Shown: positions 1 to 10,322, counted from the first letter of the stretch. The stretch: DNA of 61,746 nt from an uncultured Candidatus Cloacimonadota bacterium (GCA_964482845.1 CAYZZE010000001.1:1-61746); one strand, 5' to 3'. Numbers and translations: made by a program. Notes: generated from the sequence alone by a model not told the origin.

Positions 1-11
1 TCATGCATCTC

Positions 12-45
12 CCGAGATCCTGCCGAGTACTCGGGATGATCTCGG
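12..45. terminator. Compound hairpin at window edge, possible terminator of an off-window gene
   Basis: ccgagatc (12-19) pairs with gatctcgg (38-45). Inner palindrome ccgagtactcgg (23-34). Only a weak T-run follows. Confidence 0.25.
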
Positions 46-213
46 AACGATTTTGGATCGAAAGTGGAGCTAAGGATTCTGTCCCTGGGCTCGATCCTTG
101 TGCCGAATCACGGCAGAATAGCCAAAGATTCATTAGGCGGGATGATTTTATTCTTGCAAGAATTGTGGCTTCCGAATTTGTGGTCTCATAAGCAGAAAAG
201 ACAGAGGAAATAT

Positions 214-774
214 ATGGCTACAATGGCTGATATCCGTAACGGAATGATCATAGAATTCAAGGAAGGTCTCTATGAGATCGTTGAGTTTTTGCATGTCAAG
301 CCGGGTAAGGGATCTGCCTTTACCCGCACCAAACTCAAGAACGTCAAGACGGGCAAAGTCCTGGAAAATACCTTCCGGGATAGCGACAGTTTTAATGAGG
401 TTCGCGTCGAACGAACCAAAAAGGAGTATCTGTATCGTGACGGCGATTTCTTTGTCCTGATGGATCTGGAAAATTATGAACAGATCAATGTGGACAAAGC
501 GCTGGTGGGCGAGATGGAAAAACTGATGATGGAGAATATGGAAGTGATGGTTTTGGCGCATGCCAGTGGTGAAGTATTGGGGATCGAATTGCCCACCACC
601 GTCATCCAGACGATCGCAGAATGCGAACCAAACGTCAAAGGCAATACCGCCTCCGGTGGCGGCAAATATGCCTTTACCGAGACCGGTCTGCGCTTGACCG
701 TGCCCTTTTTCGTCGAAACGGGCGACCGGATAAAGATCGACACCCGCTCCAGCGAATACATCGAACGCGCATAG
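214..774 (+). CDS. efp: Elongation factor P
   Basis: 186-aa product MATMADIRNG... with the conserved VKPGKGSAFTRTKLKN loop and full-length EF-P layout. ATG 214 was chosen inside ORF 64..774 because homology starts there. Confidence 0.93.
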   Translation: MATMADIRNGMIIEFKEGLYEIVEFLHVKPGKGSAFTRTKLKNVKTGKVLENTFRDSDSFNEVRVERTKKEYLYRDGDFFVLMDLENYEQINVDKALVGEMEKLMMENMEVMVLAHASGEVLGIELPTTVIQTIAECEPNVKGNTASGGGKYAFTETGLRLTVPFFVETGDRIKIDTRSSEYIERA

Positions 775-800
775 GATAACAAAGACATAAAGAGGATACC

Positions 801-1007
801 ATGGGAAAAGTCAAGAGTTTCGCCGCCAAACTGGCACACGACAGTTCCACCGAAGGTAAGGTGATCTGTCCGGTATGCAATACCGAGATCAAAAGAATCA
901 AACTCGTCAAAAATAAAAAGGGACAGACCGGATGGTCGCCTAACCAGGAGAATGCCAAGGTCTGTAAATGTAACGAGGCAGACGTATTCGCCGGCAAAAA
1001 CCTGTAA
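801..1007 (+). CDS. Small hypothetical protein with zinc-ribbon-like cysteines (CPVC ... CKC)
   Basis: 68-aa ORF 27 nt after efp on the same strand. Cysteine pairs CxxC and CxC. No family recognised. Confidence 0.4.
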   Translation: MGKVKSFAAKLAHDSSTEGKVICPVCNTEIKRIKLVKNKKGQTGWSPNQENAKVCKCNEADVFAGKNL

Positions 1008-1031
1008 GTAATCATAAACGCTTGATATTAT

Positions 1032-1080
1032 ACGCTCGTTTTCCACGCGGTGACAGTGATCGGGGGACGAGCGTTTCTTT
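1032..1080 (+). terminator. Possible hairpin terminator after efp and the small ORF
   Basis: acgctcgt (1032-1039) pairs with acgagcgt (1067-1074), then ttcttt. The 27-nt loop weakens the call. Confidence 0.25.
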
Positions 1081-1182
1081 ATCGGCAAAAAATGAATTGA
1101 CTGCTCATGGGGATATGTTTTTCTGGCGTAAGGTACAAATCCGGCTCTGAAAGATAACCGGTGAGATAGACCCAAGAAGGAA

Positions 1183-4100
1183 ATGCAGATGAAGTGGATA
1201 AATGGACAGATCAATCGGCGGAGCGTCATGTTGCTGGCGCTGCTCATGCTGCTGACCGCGCTGGGCGGCATGGTTCCGCCTCATCCGATGTATCAGGATC
1301 CGCCGGCGCAATTAAAACGGACACAGATCGAAAGAACCGCTCCGTTTGACTTAAAACAGATGCGTAGCATCCCCAATAATATCCTCGTCCTGCGCGTGCA
1401 GTTCAGCGACGTGCATTTCCAGTCCACCCCGGTCTATCCGGATTATCTGGCCCACGATCATGCCTTCTTTGACCGCTGGATGTTGCATCTGTGCGATTTC
1501 TTCTTCGATGCCTCGCACGGGCAATACTCTCTCAATTATTACCTGCCCCAAACGGTTTACACCCTATCCCGGCCGATGGGATATTATGGTGGGGATACCA
1601 GCGAAACCATAGATGCCCGGGTGGAGGAGATGATCGCGGATCTGGTGGTGCTGGCTGATCCCGAGATCAATTTCAATCAGTATGGGGGTTTGATCGTCTT
1701 TCATGCCGGTCCCGGACAGGAATCCGATATCAGCGGGATCAGGCGCGAGCAGATATGGTCAACCTTTATTACCCGCAAAGACCTGCAAGCGGCTTTTGAT
1801 CCTGATAATGACGACTATCCAGGGTTGGTGAGCCCGGATGGGGCGGTTCTCAAGAATATCGTCCTGGTACCGGAAAGCGAATATCAGGATTATTTCCCGC
1901 CGGAAGGTACGCCGGATGCAAGCGTCTATCTATTCAGCATTTATGGAGTATTGACGCATCAATTTGGCCACCTGATCGGGCTACCTACGCTCTTTGATAA
2001 CTTTTCTGCCAACGGACGGTCGCAAGGGATCGGGAATTGGGGACTGATGGGAACCGGCGTTTGGAACGCCAATGGCTACGTCCCGGCTCAACTTAGTGCT
2101 TGGTGTCGGTATTATCTGGGGTGGGAGCAGCCGCTGGTGATCAGTTATGATACGGCCGGTCTGACGGTAAATCACTTTCTGGATCGGACGCCAGGTGCGC
2201 TAAGATTGTATAAAGTCCCGATCTCCGCCCGCGAATATTTCCTGGTCGAGAACCGGCAACAGAATCCGGATGGCAGTTTGGATCCCTATAACAATATGCC
2301 CAGTTTCACTTTCAAACTCCTGCCGGAAGGCGAGCAGGACTATTATGACGATGCGCCTTTGCGGCCGTTCTTTAATTTTATGAAAAACCGGTATCAGGGA
2401 TGTGAGTGGGATTTCTTCCTGCCGGGGCTGGGCGGTCCGCTGCTACCGGGAGAAAATCATCCGACCGAGGGATCCGGGATGCTGATCTGGCATATCGATG
2501 AGAACGTGATCGAGGCGAATTTTGATCCCAACTTCGACAAGAATACCGCCAATGGCAATGCCGCCCACAAAGGGGTTGACCTAGAAGAGGCAGACGGCAT
2601 CCAACACCTTGATACGGCGGTATTTGACTATTACAAGTATGGCGGACCATACGATTCATTCCGGGCTGGAAATAATGACTACTTCGGCAATCAGACGCAT
2701 AACGGACTGCTCCGGCTGCCCACGGCGGAGAGCTATTATGGCGGTATTCCTCTGGAGATCTATGATATCAGCGTATCGGGCAATCAGATGTCCTTTTCGG
2801 TGCGCTTCGACTGGAAGCTGGATACCGGTTACACCGGCATCAATCCCTTTGCGGGATGTGCGGTGGATTTTACCGGTGATGGCGAACACGAGATCTTTTA
2901 TGCTCAGCCGGATGGACAGATCTATATCTGGAAAAACGAACTGCTGATGCCGGGATACCCTCTGGAACTGGATTCGATGACTGTCCATTACGTGTGGGAC
3001 GGCGGGACATTCTATCTCCCGCTGCAAAATCAGAATGCGATCCGACTCTACCGCCTGCGGCATAATAATTCCGGCTATGCACTCACGCTGATCAATCGTA
3101 CTTGGGCTGCAGCTCCCATGGACTGTGGAGAAGTGATTGCCCTGCCTTTGAATAAGACGGATGACTGGCGCAGCGAGATCATTCTCATGAATAAACAAAG
3201 CCAGACGATTGCTGAACGGATCGAGATGAACAGGCGTATTCGTAGCAACCTCGTCTGGGAAAACGGGTCCCTTTATGGATTACATGTCAATCCCATGCTC
3301 AACTATGACCTGTTTTCCTATGATCTTCAAATGGGCACTTACAATGAACTGCCGCTTCCCGTAAGCGCTGATTCGCTGATCATTGGCATCTATCGGGCAC
3401 CGGTCACTCCGGGGGGATTTTACTCGGAGACGATCATCCAGACGCCGCATAGCATCATTATGCTGGACAATCAACGCAATCAAGTTGAGGGCTATCCAGT
3501 GATCCTGCCCTTCAGAACCACGAGTCCATTGACTATCGCTGATGTGGATCGAAATGGCACCCTGGATCTATTGGTCGCTTGCGACAGCACTTTTGCCGTC
3601 TATGACTATGCCGGAAAACTGATGAGTCCGGCGGGACTTAAGGTTCAAAACAGCATTGCTGACGGCAATGGGGGATCGGTGATGGCGCTTGATCTCGATG
3701 GTGACGGCAGGATTGAGTATATTGGCACCTTTGCCCAGAACCGGATGCTCGCCTGGAATGATGATTTCCGAGTCCGAACCGGCTATCCCGTCTCGTTTGG
3801 TGAACGTAGCCGGACGCTGCCGTTCATGGGAAAGGACACGGATAACAGGATATATTTGTATTATTCCTCGGATAATGGCAAGATCTATCGCAAGTATCTG
3901 CCCAATGCCACTATGAACGCTATCAACGGACAATGGTTCACGGAATTTGGAAACCTGCGGCGAACTGCCTTTCGGGGCAGGGATGACCTCAACAATCAGT
4001 ATGCTTCCACGCGCATCTTCGTTCCCGGTGAGGTCTTTGTCTTCCCCAATCCTTACAAGCCCATGTACCGGCGTCAGATGACCCTGCAAGTAATGACCAG

Positions 4101-4299
4101 CCGTGATACCGATATCCTCATCAGGATCTTTGATATCAGCGGAAAACTGGTCTATACCCAAAAAGGCAGATGCCAGGCATATCTGCGCAACCGAGATGTT
4201 ATCGACCTGCCGCTGGAAAAACTCAGCAGTGGTGTCTATATCGCAGTGATTTCCGGTAGCGGCGAATCAGTGCGCTACAAATTTGCAATCGAAAAGTAA
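1183..4299 (+). CDS. Secreted M6 (immune inhibitor A-like) metallopeptidase homolog with FG-GAP/VCBS-like repeats and a T9SS-type C-terminal sorting domain; zinc motif degenerate (HQFGH)
   Basis: N-terminal signal-like segment. The M6-like block YGVLTHQFGHLIGLPTLFD...GNWGLMGTG matches the InhA pattern HEYGHDLGLPDEY...W.LMS.G. Repeats include DVDRNGTLDLLVA and LDLDGDGRIEYIG. The C-terminus VFPNPYKP...LSSGVYIAVISG...YKFAIEK is typical of Por/T9SS sorting domains. ATG 1189 is an alternative start. Confidence 0.75.
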   Translation: MQMKWINGQINRRSVMLLALLMLLTALGGMVPPHPMYQDPPAQLKRTQIERTAPFDLKQMRSIPNNILVLRVQFSDVHFQSTPVYPDYLAHDHAFFDRWMLHLCDFFFDASHGQYSLNYYLPQTVYTLSRPMGYYGGDTSETIDARVEEMIADLVVLADPEINFNQYGGLIVFHAGPGQESDISGIRREQIWSTFITRKDLQAAFDPDNDDYPGLVSPDGAVLKNIVLVPESEYQDYFPPEGTPDASVYLFSIYGVLTHQFGHLIGLPTLFDNFSANGRSQGIGNWGLMGTGVWNANGYVPAQLSAWCRYYLGWEQPLVISYDTAGLTVNHFLDRTPGALRLYKVPISAREYFLVENRQQNPDGSLDPYNNMPSFTFKLLPEGEQDYYDDAPLRPFFNFMKNRYQGCEWDFFLPGLGGPLLPGENHPTEGSGMLIWHIDENVIEANFDPNFDKNTANGNAAHKGVDLEEADGIQHLDTAVFDYYKYGGPYDSFRAGNNDYFGNQTHNGLLRLPTAESYYGGIPLEIYDISVSGNQMSFSVRFDWKLDTGYTGINPFAGCAVDFTGDGEHEIFYAQPDGQIYIWKNELLMPGYPLELDSMTVHYVWDGGTFYLPLQNQNAIRLYRLRHNNSGYALTLINRTWAAAPMDCGEVIALPLNKTDDWRSEIILMNKQSQTIAERIEMNRRIRSNLVWENGSLYGLHVNPMLNYDLFSYDLQMGTYNELPLPVSADSLIIGIYRAPVTPGGFYSETIIQTPHSIIMLDNQRNQVEGYPVILPFRTTSPLTIADVDRNGTLDLLVACDSTFAVYDYAGKLMSPAGLKVQNSIADGNGGSVMALDLDGDGRIEYIGTFAQNRMLAWNDDFRVRTGYPVSFGERSRTLPFMGKDTDNRIYLYYSSDNGKIYRKYLPNATMNAINGQWFTEFGNLRRTAFRGRDDLNNQYASTRIFVPGEVFVFPNPYKPMYRRQMTLQVMTSRDTDILIRIFDISGKLVYTQKGRCQAYLRNRDVIDLPLEKLSSGVYIAVISGSGESVRYKFAIEK

Positions 4300-4325
4300 C
4301 CTTGGGTCACCAAAGTGGAGGAAAA

Positions 4326-5228
4326 ATGAGATCCTGCTTGATTATTGCCGTCATCCTGATCACGGGAATGACGCTTGGGGCTGAAGTCCACGAAGATTCC
4401 GGCAAATATGGTTTTGCCTTCCTGCAAATGCCGGTCAATCCGGTTAGTATGGCTCTGGGTGGCAGAGGAGCTTTTAGTAATGGTAACCACGCCGCCTTTG
4501 CCTTGCAACCGGCAATGCCCACCGTGGAGGCAAATACGGCGGTGACGGTCAGCCATGCCATGTGGCTGGATGACACCCGCTTTACCACCATCGCCTATTC
4601 CAATTCCAACCGCCGCAATCATTTTGGCTTGCTTTACCGGAATCTGGATTACGGCGAGATCGAGATCCGTGATGATAATGCAGCGCTTATCGGTTACTAT
4701 CGTCCGATTGATCTGGCTATGATCGCCAACTATGGACACCGCATTAGTCCCACTCATTATCTGGGGATCAATGGCGGCTTGATATACGAAAAGATCAATA
4801 CTGCTTCTGCCTATGGCGCGGTCATGGATCTGGGATACACTTTTCTGCCCCCGTTCGTGGATAGCCGCATCTCGCTGGCAGTAACCAATCTCGGCATTTC
4901 CTCAAGGATGAATGAGGAGCGGATGAAACTGCCTGCCACGATGGCAATCGACATCAGCAAAGGATTTGAGATGGATCAAAACCGCATCATATTTGAGGGC
5001 AGCGTGACCAAAGCCGTGGACGATAACTGGAAGGGCGCGGTGAATACCGAGATCGACCTTAATTCGATACTCTTTCTACGTGCCGGATACAAGATAAATT
5101 ATGATGCCGAAAACGTCACAGCCGGTTTTGGCATCCAATGGCGGGGGATTACGGTGGATTACGGCTGGTCCCCATTCACCAGTCAATTGAACGATACCCA
5201 CTTTCTTGGCATAACCTATTCTTTTTGA
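4326..5228 (+). CDS. PorV/PorQ-family-like outer-membrane beta-barrel protein
   Basis: Signal peptide MRSCLIIAVILITGMTLGA. The FLQMPVNPVSMALGGRGAF motif resembles the N-terminal PorV/PorQ signature. Alternating beta-strand pattern with C-terminal ...LGITYSF. SD ggagga lies 5 nt upstream of ATG 4326. Confidence 0.55.
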   Translation: MRSCLIIAVILITGMTLGAEVHEDSGKYGFAFLQMPVNPVSMALGGRGAFSNGNHAAFALQPAMPTVEANTAVTVSHAMWLDDTRFTTIAYSNSNRRNHFGLLYRNLDYGEIEIRDDNAALIGYYRPIDLAMIANYGHRISPTHYLGINGGLIYEKINTASAYGAVMDLGYTFLPPFVDSRISLAVTNLGISSRMNEERMKLPATMAIDISKGFEMDQNRIIFEGSVTKAVDDNWKGAVNTEIDLNSILFLRAGYKINYDAENVTAGFGIQWRGITVDYGWSPFTSQLNDTHFLGITYSF

Positions 5229-5235
5229 GGATTTC

Positions 5236-8200
5236 ATGCGTTCAACAAACATCATCGTGCTGCCTGCTGTCATTGCAATCATGCTATTGACATTGATCAC
5301 GGGCAGCGCGCATGCCTTTATCGGTGATCAAGTTAGAACCCACTCGGTCACTCCCAACCAATTGATCTTCAAGACCTCCCGGGTCATTCAGCCAACCCGC
5401 AGCCGTACTGGACTGACCCAGTTTGATAGTTTCCTTGACCAATTGGGAGCCGATAATATCCGTCTCATTCGAGGGATGCATCTGGAGCAGTATTATCAGG
5501 TGGACCTGGTTCAAGAACCGGACTGGGTTGTCGTACGCAGCGGCGGATACAGATTTGAAGGCATCGAATACATCCAACCCATTGGCCTTAGCACCTTCCA
5601 CAGCATGACCCCCAACGACCCGCTTTTCCCATTGCAGCAATTGCATTTATCCTCTATACCCGAGGCATGGAACTATACTACCGGCAGCCCTTTGGTGATC
5701 GTGGGAGTAGTGGATTCGGGCATCCTGCGCGAGCATCCTGATATTACGGCAAACCTGTATACCAATCCCAACGAGACCCCGGATAATGGTATCGATGATG
5801 ACGGCAATGGCTATATTGACGATTGGTGCGGCTGGGACTTTGTGGATTCGCCGGAAATGGCGGATGTGGCTTTGGGCGACTTTATCGTACAGGACAATGA
5901 CGTCACGGACGAAAACTTCCACGGCACCCACGTCTCCGGAATCATCGGAGCGGCCGGAAACAACAATATCGGCATTAGCGGCGTGAACTGGAATGCAAGG
6001 ATAATGCCGCTTAGGGCAGGTTTTAAAACTACCCAGGGCGCTGGTTATCTCCAGGATGACGATGCTGCCGCCGCGATCATTTATGCTGCGGACAACGGAT
6101 GTCACGTGATCAACATGAGTTGGGGCGATCCCAATTACTCACCCATCATTGCAGACGCATGTGAATACGCTTACAACAAGGGAGTCGTCTTGGTCGGCTC
6201 AGCCGGAAACGACCCCGGTCCAAATCTCAGTTATCCTGCCAAGTTATCCACCGTGATCTCAGTCGGTGCGGTCAACCGCTATAAGCACTTGGCAGGTTTT
6301 TCCAGTTATGGGATCGATCTGGATCTGGTTGCGCCCGGAGAACAGATCTGGAGCGCCTACAAACTGGAACCGACGGAACTCTACAGCGAAATGTCAGGCA
6401 CTTCGATGTCCGCTCCTTATGTGACTGGCAGCGTAGCGCTTTTGAATGGACTAATGCCGGGACTGACGCCAGACGAGGTGAGGGCGCGACTTTTGACCTC
6501 GACTGATGATCTCGGAGCGCCTGGCTTTGACATTCACTTTGGCCATGGGCTTCTGAATACCAAAAAACTACTGGAAAATCTTGATCCTCCTATGGTTGCG
6601 ATGGATTATCCCTTCGATAACATGGGCATTTCCTCTGACTTTGATATACTGGGCACGGTTCGGTGTGCTGATTTCTTCCGCTATTCAGTGATGTACACCA
6701 ACAAAACCACTCCTTCCATCCTTGACTGGAAGGATGTGCAACGCCATTCAAACGAACCGACTTATTTCCACCAACCTGTCTCTAATGGACTTATCGCCCG
6801 ATTTAATGTCCCCGCTCACTTCAAGGACGGCGTCTATCTGCTCCGGATCCAATATGAAAATGTGAATGGCAAACGCTACAATTACTACCGTTCAGTTCAC
6901 TACAATACGACCAATCCCACCATGATCATCGAATCCGTGCAGGGTTCCCGCCGTTATGAAGGACAGAACCTGCGTTATTATGTCTCAGCCAAATTCAGCG
7001 AGCCCGTGCATGCGCGGCTCAAGGCGATTGCTGCCGACAATTCCGAATTTCTGGTTTACAGCGTTACCAGGGACAGCATTCAAGTATGGATGCTGCCGCC
7101 GGAGATGCCGCAAGGGCAGGTATCGGTGCAGATCGAAGCATACAACAACGCCAATCTCGAATACTCGTCACCCATCATTAATAACGTGATCAATATCCAG
7201 TATGAGATCGTATCTACTTATGGCTGGACTCACAATGTTATTGGCAGTCCCCGCGTCCCGCTAAACAAGATGTATGACTTTGACAATAACGGACTTATAG
7301 AGTATGTCTCAATGGATTTACCCGTCGCCGGTTATGGACAGGTCTATGTCTATGAACCCGCAACCGATGGACATATACTGAAGCATACATTCAATGATGC
7401 CTTCTGGCCTTTGGATCTGGGCAATACCAATGATCAGGGAAAAGAACTACTTATCCTCAAAGCCGATACTGCCAGCATCCTGGAGACGCCTGCGGGCGGC
7501 AGTTATCCTTCGCAGAATATCTGGAACACCACCGGTATTTCAGGTGGGATTTTTGCCAATTATACCGGCCCTGTAGCGGATGAGGTCTTATTGGTAAAGA
7601 ATCTTCCCGCCGAACGGGTGATCCAGGCTTTCACCCGGGCAGGAGGTACATTCACAGCCCGCAATACACTCCGAAACACGACACCCACCAATCTCCGCAA
7701 CACCTTTGTCCCATCGATCATTTGCCGTAATTTTGATAATGACGCTTTTCCTGATATCCTTGCTGCCGATACCGACGGAGACGTCATGGTCTTTGAGATC
7801 GTTAATCACAACAACCATTCCATGACTTGGACAAAGCGGCAGCCCATAGGCAATTTATATTACCTTACCGCAGGCGATTATACCGGAAATGGACGGCAGG
7901 AATTCTTCGTCGGTGGCTACTACCGCGACATTCTCAATCCCAACCTCAATTTCTGGTTTTTTGAGGGAATCCGCAGCACATCAAATAACGCCTACGTTTC
8001 AATGGGCTCCATCATGATCAATAACTACATGTCCCAAAACGCCGTCCATTCCTTTGATCTGGATAGCGATGGCAAGGACGAGATCATCCTGGCGCTGACG
8101 CCCAACCTTTACGTTCTCAAATACATCAACAACCAGTTTGTGCCGGTGTGGCATGGATCCAGTTCCAATACATACCAGATCGCCGCCTGGCGCGATGCCG

Positions 8201-9453
8201 CTCACCGGAGTCATTTTTTGACCAATTACAAGACGGAGACCGATTCGCTATATGCCACGGAATGGACTCAGATGGATGCCTACACGGCTCCGCCTACCCC
8301 GGCAAACCTGCTGGTCAAACCCTTGAACGAATATTCTGCCCGACTTACCTGGATCGGAAACAATTCTGACCACTACAATATCTACCGCAAGGATGAAGAT
8401 GGTAGTATCATTAGTTTTACCGGCATTACAAGCAACGCTTTTATCGATACCACCCTATCTGCCGGTAGGACCTATCAATATCGATTGACGGCAGTCAATT
8501 CCATGTATCAGCCACCGGAAAGCCAGCCAACGCTATGGCATAGCGTTATCCCCAATCCGCGTCCACACATCACCGAGATCACAATGATCAGCAGCAATGA
8601 AATGAGGATCCTTTTTGACCAGCAGATGGCATCCGCCAATCTCAATCCCGGATACTATCACGTAAGCCACGGCTTGGGAAATCCGCACTCGGTCAATGCC
8701 ACCATGATGCAATTTGGGATGCAACTCAGATTCCGCAACCAGTTTCCGGAGACGACCGAACCATTCGTTCTCACCACGCAAAATATCGTCGGCGCCACAG
8801 GTGTCGAACCGGAGGTCTGGCAGTATCAATTTTACTATGTCCAGGATTGGCTCCCACCGGAGGTAGTGGAAACCATCGTTAACGCCGACAAAAGGACGGT
8901 GGATATCGTCATGAGCGAGGATATCGCCGCCGGTAGCGCACTTGCCCTGTCTAATTACGTTTTCACCCCTCCGCACAATGATCCGGACAATCGCATCATG
9001 GCCATCAGTGTGCATGACAATATCATCCAGCTAAGATTGAGAAACGCCATCCGGTATTCCAACCAGTTATACTACGTCACCATCTCCAATGTGACCGATC
9101 TGGCGGGCAATGTGATTTCACGCCAAAACAATCTTGCCACTTTTGCCCTGCCACCCGTTACCAATCTCGATGCCGTGATCCTCTATCCCAATCCGGTGCG
9201 CAGTGCCGATAATGCCTGGATCGGTATTTTGAACCTCCCGCAGCATAAGAAGGGCAGCATCGCCATCTACAACGCCTCCGGCGATATTGTCTGGAAAAGT
9301 AATATCGCACCGATCACGCCAGTTACCCACAATCCCGTTTTCCGCTGGAACCTCAGAAATATGAATGATCGCAGGGTATCCTCCGGGATCTATTTTTATA
9401 TTCTGGAGATGGGCGGAGAGTATAAAAGAGGAAAGTTCGCGGTCATCAATTGA
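5236..9453 (+). CDS. Subtilisin-like S8 serine peptidase, 1405 aa, with FG-GAP-like repeats, an FN3-like domain and a T9SS-type C-terminal sorting domain
   Basis: Catalytic triad motifs VGVVDSGI (Asp), HGTHVSGIIGA (His) and SGTSMSAPYVTGS (Ser). FN3-like segment PPTPANLLVKPLNEYSARLTW...YQYRLTAVN. C-terminus LYPNPVRS...SSGIYFYILEMGGEYKRGKFAVIN. Confidence 0.88.
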   Translation: MRSTNIIVLPAVIAIMLLTLITGSAHAFIGDQVRTHSVTPNQLIFKTSRVIQPTRSRTGLTQFDSFLDQLGADNIRLIRGMHLEQYYQVDLVQEPDWVVVRSGGYRFEGIEYIQPIGLSTFHSMTPNDPLFPLQQLHLSSIPEAWNYTTGSPLVIVGVVDSGILREHPDITANLYTNPNETPDNGIDDDGNGYIDDWCGWDFVDSPEMADVALGDFIVQDNDVTDENFHGTHVSGIIGAAGNNNIGISGVNWNARIMPLRAGFKTTQGAGYLQDDDAAAAIIYAADNGCHVINMSWGDPNYSPIIADACEYAYNKGVVLVGSAGNDPGPNLSYPAKLSTVISVGAVNRYKHLAGFSSYGIDLDLVAPGEQIWSAYKLEPTELYSEMSGTSMSAPYVTGSVALLNGLMPGLTPDEVRARLLTSTDDLGAPGFDIHFGHGLLNTKKLLENLDPPMVAMDYPFDNMGISSDFDILGTVRCADFFRYSVMYTNKTTPSILDWKDVQRHSNEPTYFHQPVSNGLIARFNVPAHFKDGVYLLRIQYENVNGKRYNYYRSVHYNTTNPTMIIESVQGSRRYEGQNLRYYVSAKFSEPVHARLKAIAADNSEFLVYSVTRDSIQVWMLPPEMPQGQVSVQIEAYNNANLEYSSPIINNVINIQYEIVSTYGWTHNVIGSPRVPLNKMYDFDNNGLIEYVSMDLPVAGYGQVYVYEPATDGHILKHTFNDAFWPLDLGNTNDQGKELLILKADTASILETPAGGSYPSQNIWNTTGISGGIFANYTGPVADEVLLVKNLPAERVIQAFTRAGGTFTARNTLRNTTPTNLRNTFVPSIICRNFDNDAFPDILAADTDGDVMVFEIVNHNNHSMTWTKRQPIGNLYYLTAGDYTGNGRQEFFVGGYYRDILNPNLNFWFFEGIRSTSNNAYVSMGSIMINNYMSQNAVHSFDLDSDGKDEIILALTPNLYVLKYINNQFVPVWHGSSSNTYQIAAWRDAAHRSHFLTNYKTETDSLYATEWTQMDAYTAPPTPANLLVKPLNEYSARLTWIGNNSDHYNIYRKDEDGSIISFTGITSNAFIDTTLSAGRTYQYRLTAVNSMYQPPESQPTLWHSVIPNPRPHITEITMISSNEMRILFDQQMASANLNPGYYHVSHGLGNPHSVNATMMQFGMQLRFRNQFPETTEPFVLTTQNIVGATGVEPEVWQYQFYYVQDWLPPEVVETIVNADKRTVDIVMSEDIAAGSALALSNYVFTPPHNDPDNRIMAISVHDNIIQLRLRNAIRYSNQLYYVTISNVTDLAGNVISRQNNLATFALPPVTNLDAVILYPNPVRSADNAWIGILNLPQHKKGSIAIYNASGDIVWKSNIAPITPVTHNPVFRWNLRNMNDRRVSSGIYFYILEMGGEYKRGKFAVIN

Positions 9454-9468
9454 CCTCGCGGATCGCTG

Positions 9469-9825
9469 ATGATCGCTGCATTGATCTGCTTTATGCAAAA
9501 ACCGCTGATCACTTTGATCCTATCAGCGGTTTTTCTGGTGTTAAACGTTTTGGACGCCCATTCCACCTGGCTGGTGACCGGTAAGCAGCATTATCACCGG
9601 GAACGCAATCCCGTAGCCCGCTGGGTGTTTCGCAAGTTAAAACTACCGCGCGGGATCATTGTATTCAAGACCCTGCTGCTGTCACTGATGGTAATGGCGA
9701 CCGGGTTTTATGCCGCTTGGGAGGCCTTCAACCTCAACGTCATCCTCAGTGTCGCCAATCTCATCTTCCTGCTCGTGGTTATTCATAACTACCGTATCGC
9801 CAGACGCTTAAAGCGTGATTACTGA
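9469..9825 (+). CDS. Small integral membrane protein (DUF5658-like, tentative)
   Basis: 118 aa with 3-4 hydrophobic helices and an LNVLDAHSTWL motif. Family assignment is from memory only. Confidence 0.4.
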   Translation: MIAALICFMQKPLITLILSAVFLVLNVLDAHSTWLVTGKQHYHRERNPVARWVFRKLKLPRGIIVFKTLLLSLMVMATGFYAAWEAFNLNVILSVANLIFLLVVIHNYRIARRLKRDY

Positions 9826-10322
9826 CTCAGAGCCGACAAAGCTTGGTCATAGTCCGGTTCCATCCCGATCTCGGGAACCAATTCCGTGTATTGGACGAGT
9901 CCGGCGGCGTCGATCACTATGACCGCCCGTGCCAATAGGCCGGCAAGGACGCCGTCGATCATCTCCAATCCATAGTCCGAGCCAAATCGACGATCGCGCA
10001 TCTCGGATAGCGTTTCCACATTCTCGATCCCTTCCGCCGCACAAAAACGGCTCAGAGCAAAGGGCAGATCCCGCGAGATACACAGAACGGCGGTGCTATC
10101 CAGTTCCGCTGCCGCTTGATTGAAGCGGCGCACACTCATCGCACATACTGCCGTATCAATGCTCGGAAATACGTTCAGGAGCAGTTTCCTGCCCCGATAA
10201 TCCTGGAGTGTTTTATCTTGCAGGTTGGCTCCGGTCAGGGTAAAATCCGGCGCCGGATTCCCATTCTCCGGCAGCGGTCCCCGGGTTTGGATCTCATGTC
10301 CTTTCAGTTTGGTGGTGGCCAT
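9819..10322 (-). CDS. tpx: Thiol peroxidase (atypical 2-Cys peroxiredoxin, Tpx type)
   Basis: 167 aa. APDFTL...LNVFPSIDTAVCA contains the peroxidatic Cys, and ...LSRFCAAEGI the resolving Cys. Full-length Tpx similarity. The 3' end overlaps the convergent ORF by 7 nt. Confidence 0.9.
   Translation of the reverse strand: MATTKLKGHEIQTRGPLPENGNPAPDFTLTGANLQDKTLQDYRGRKLLLNVFPSIDTAVCAMSVRRFNQAAAELDSTAVLCISRDLPFALSRFCAAEGIENVETLSEMRDRRFGSDYGLEMIDGVLAGLLARAVIVIDAAGLVQYTELVPEIGMEPDYDQALSALSQ

Noticed and set aside
474-1271. 265-aa ORF antisense to efp
   Set aside because: It lies opposite a clearly conserved gene and has low-complexity Ser/Ile/Phe-rich content with no motifs. It is a typical shadow ORF.
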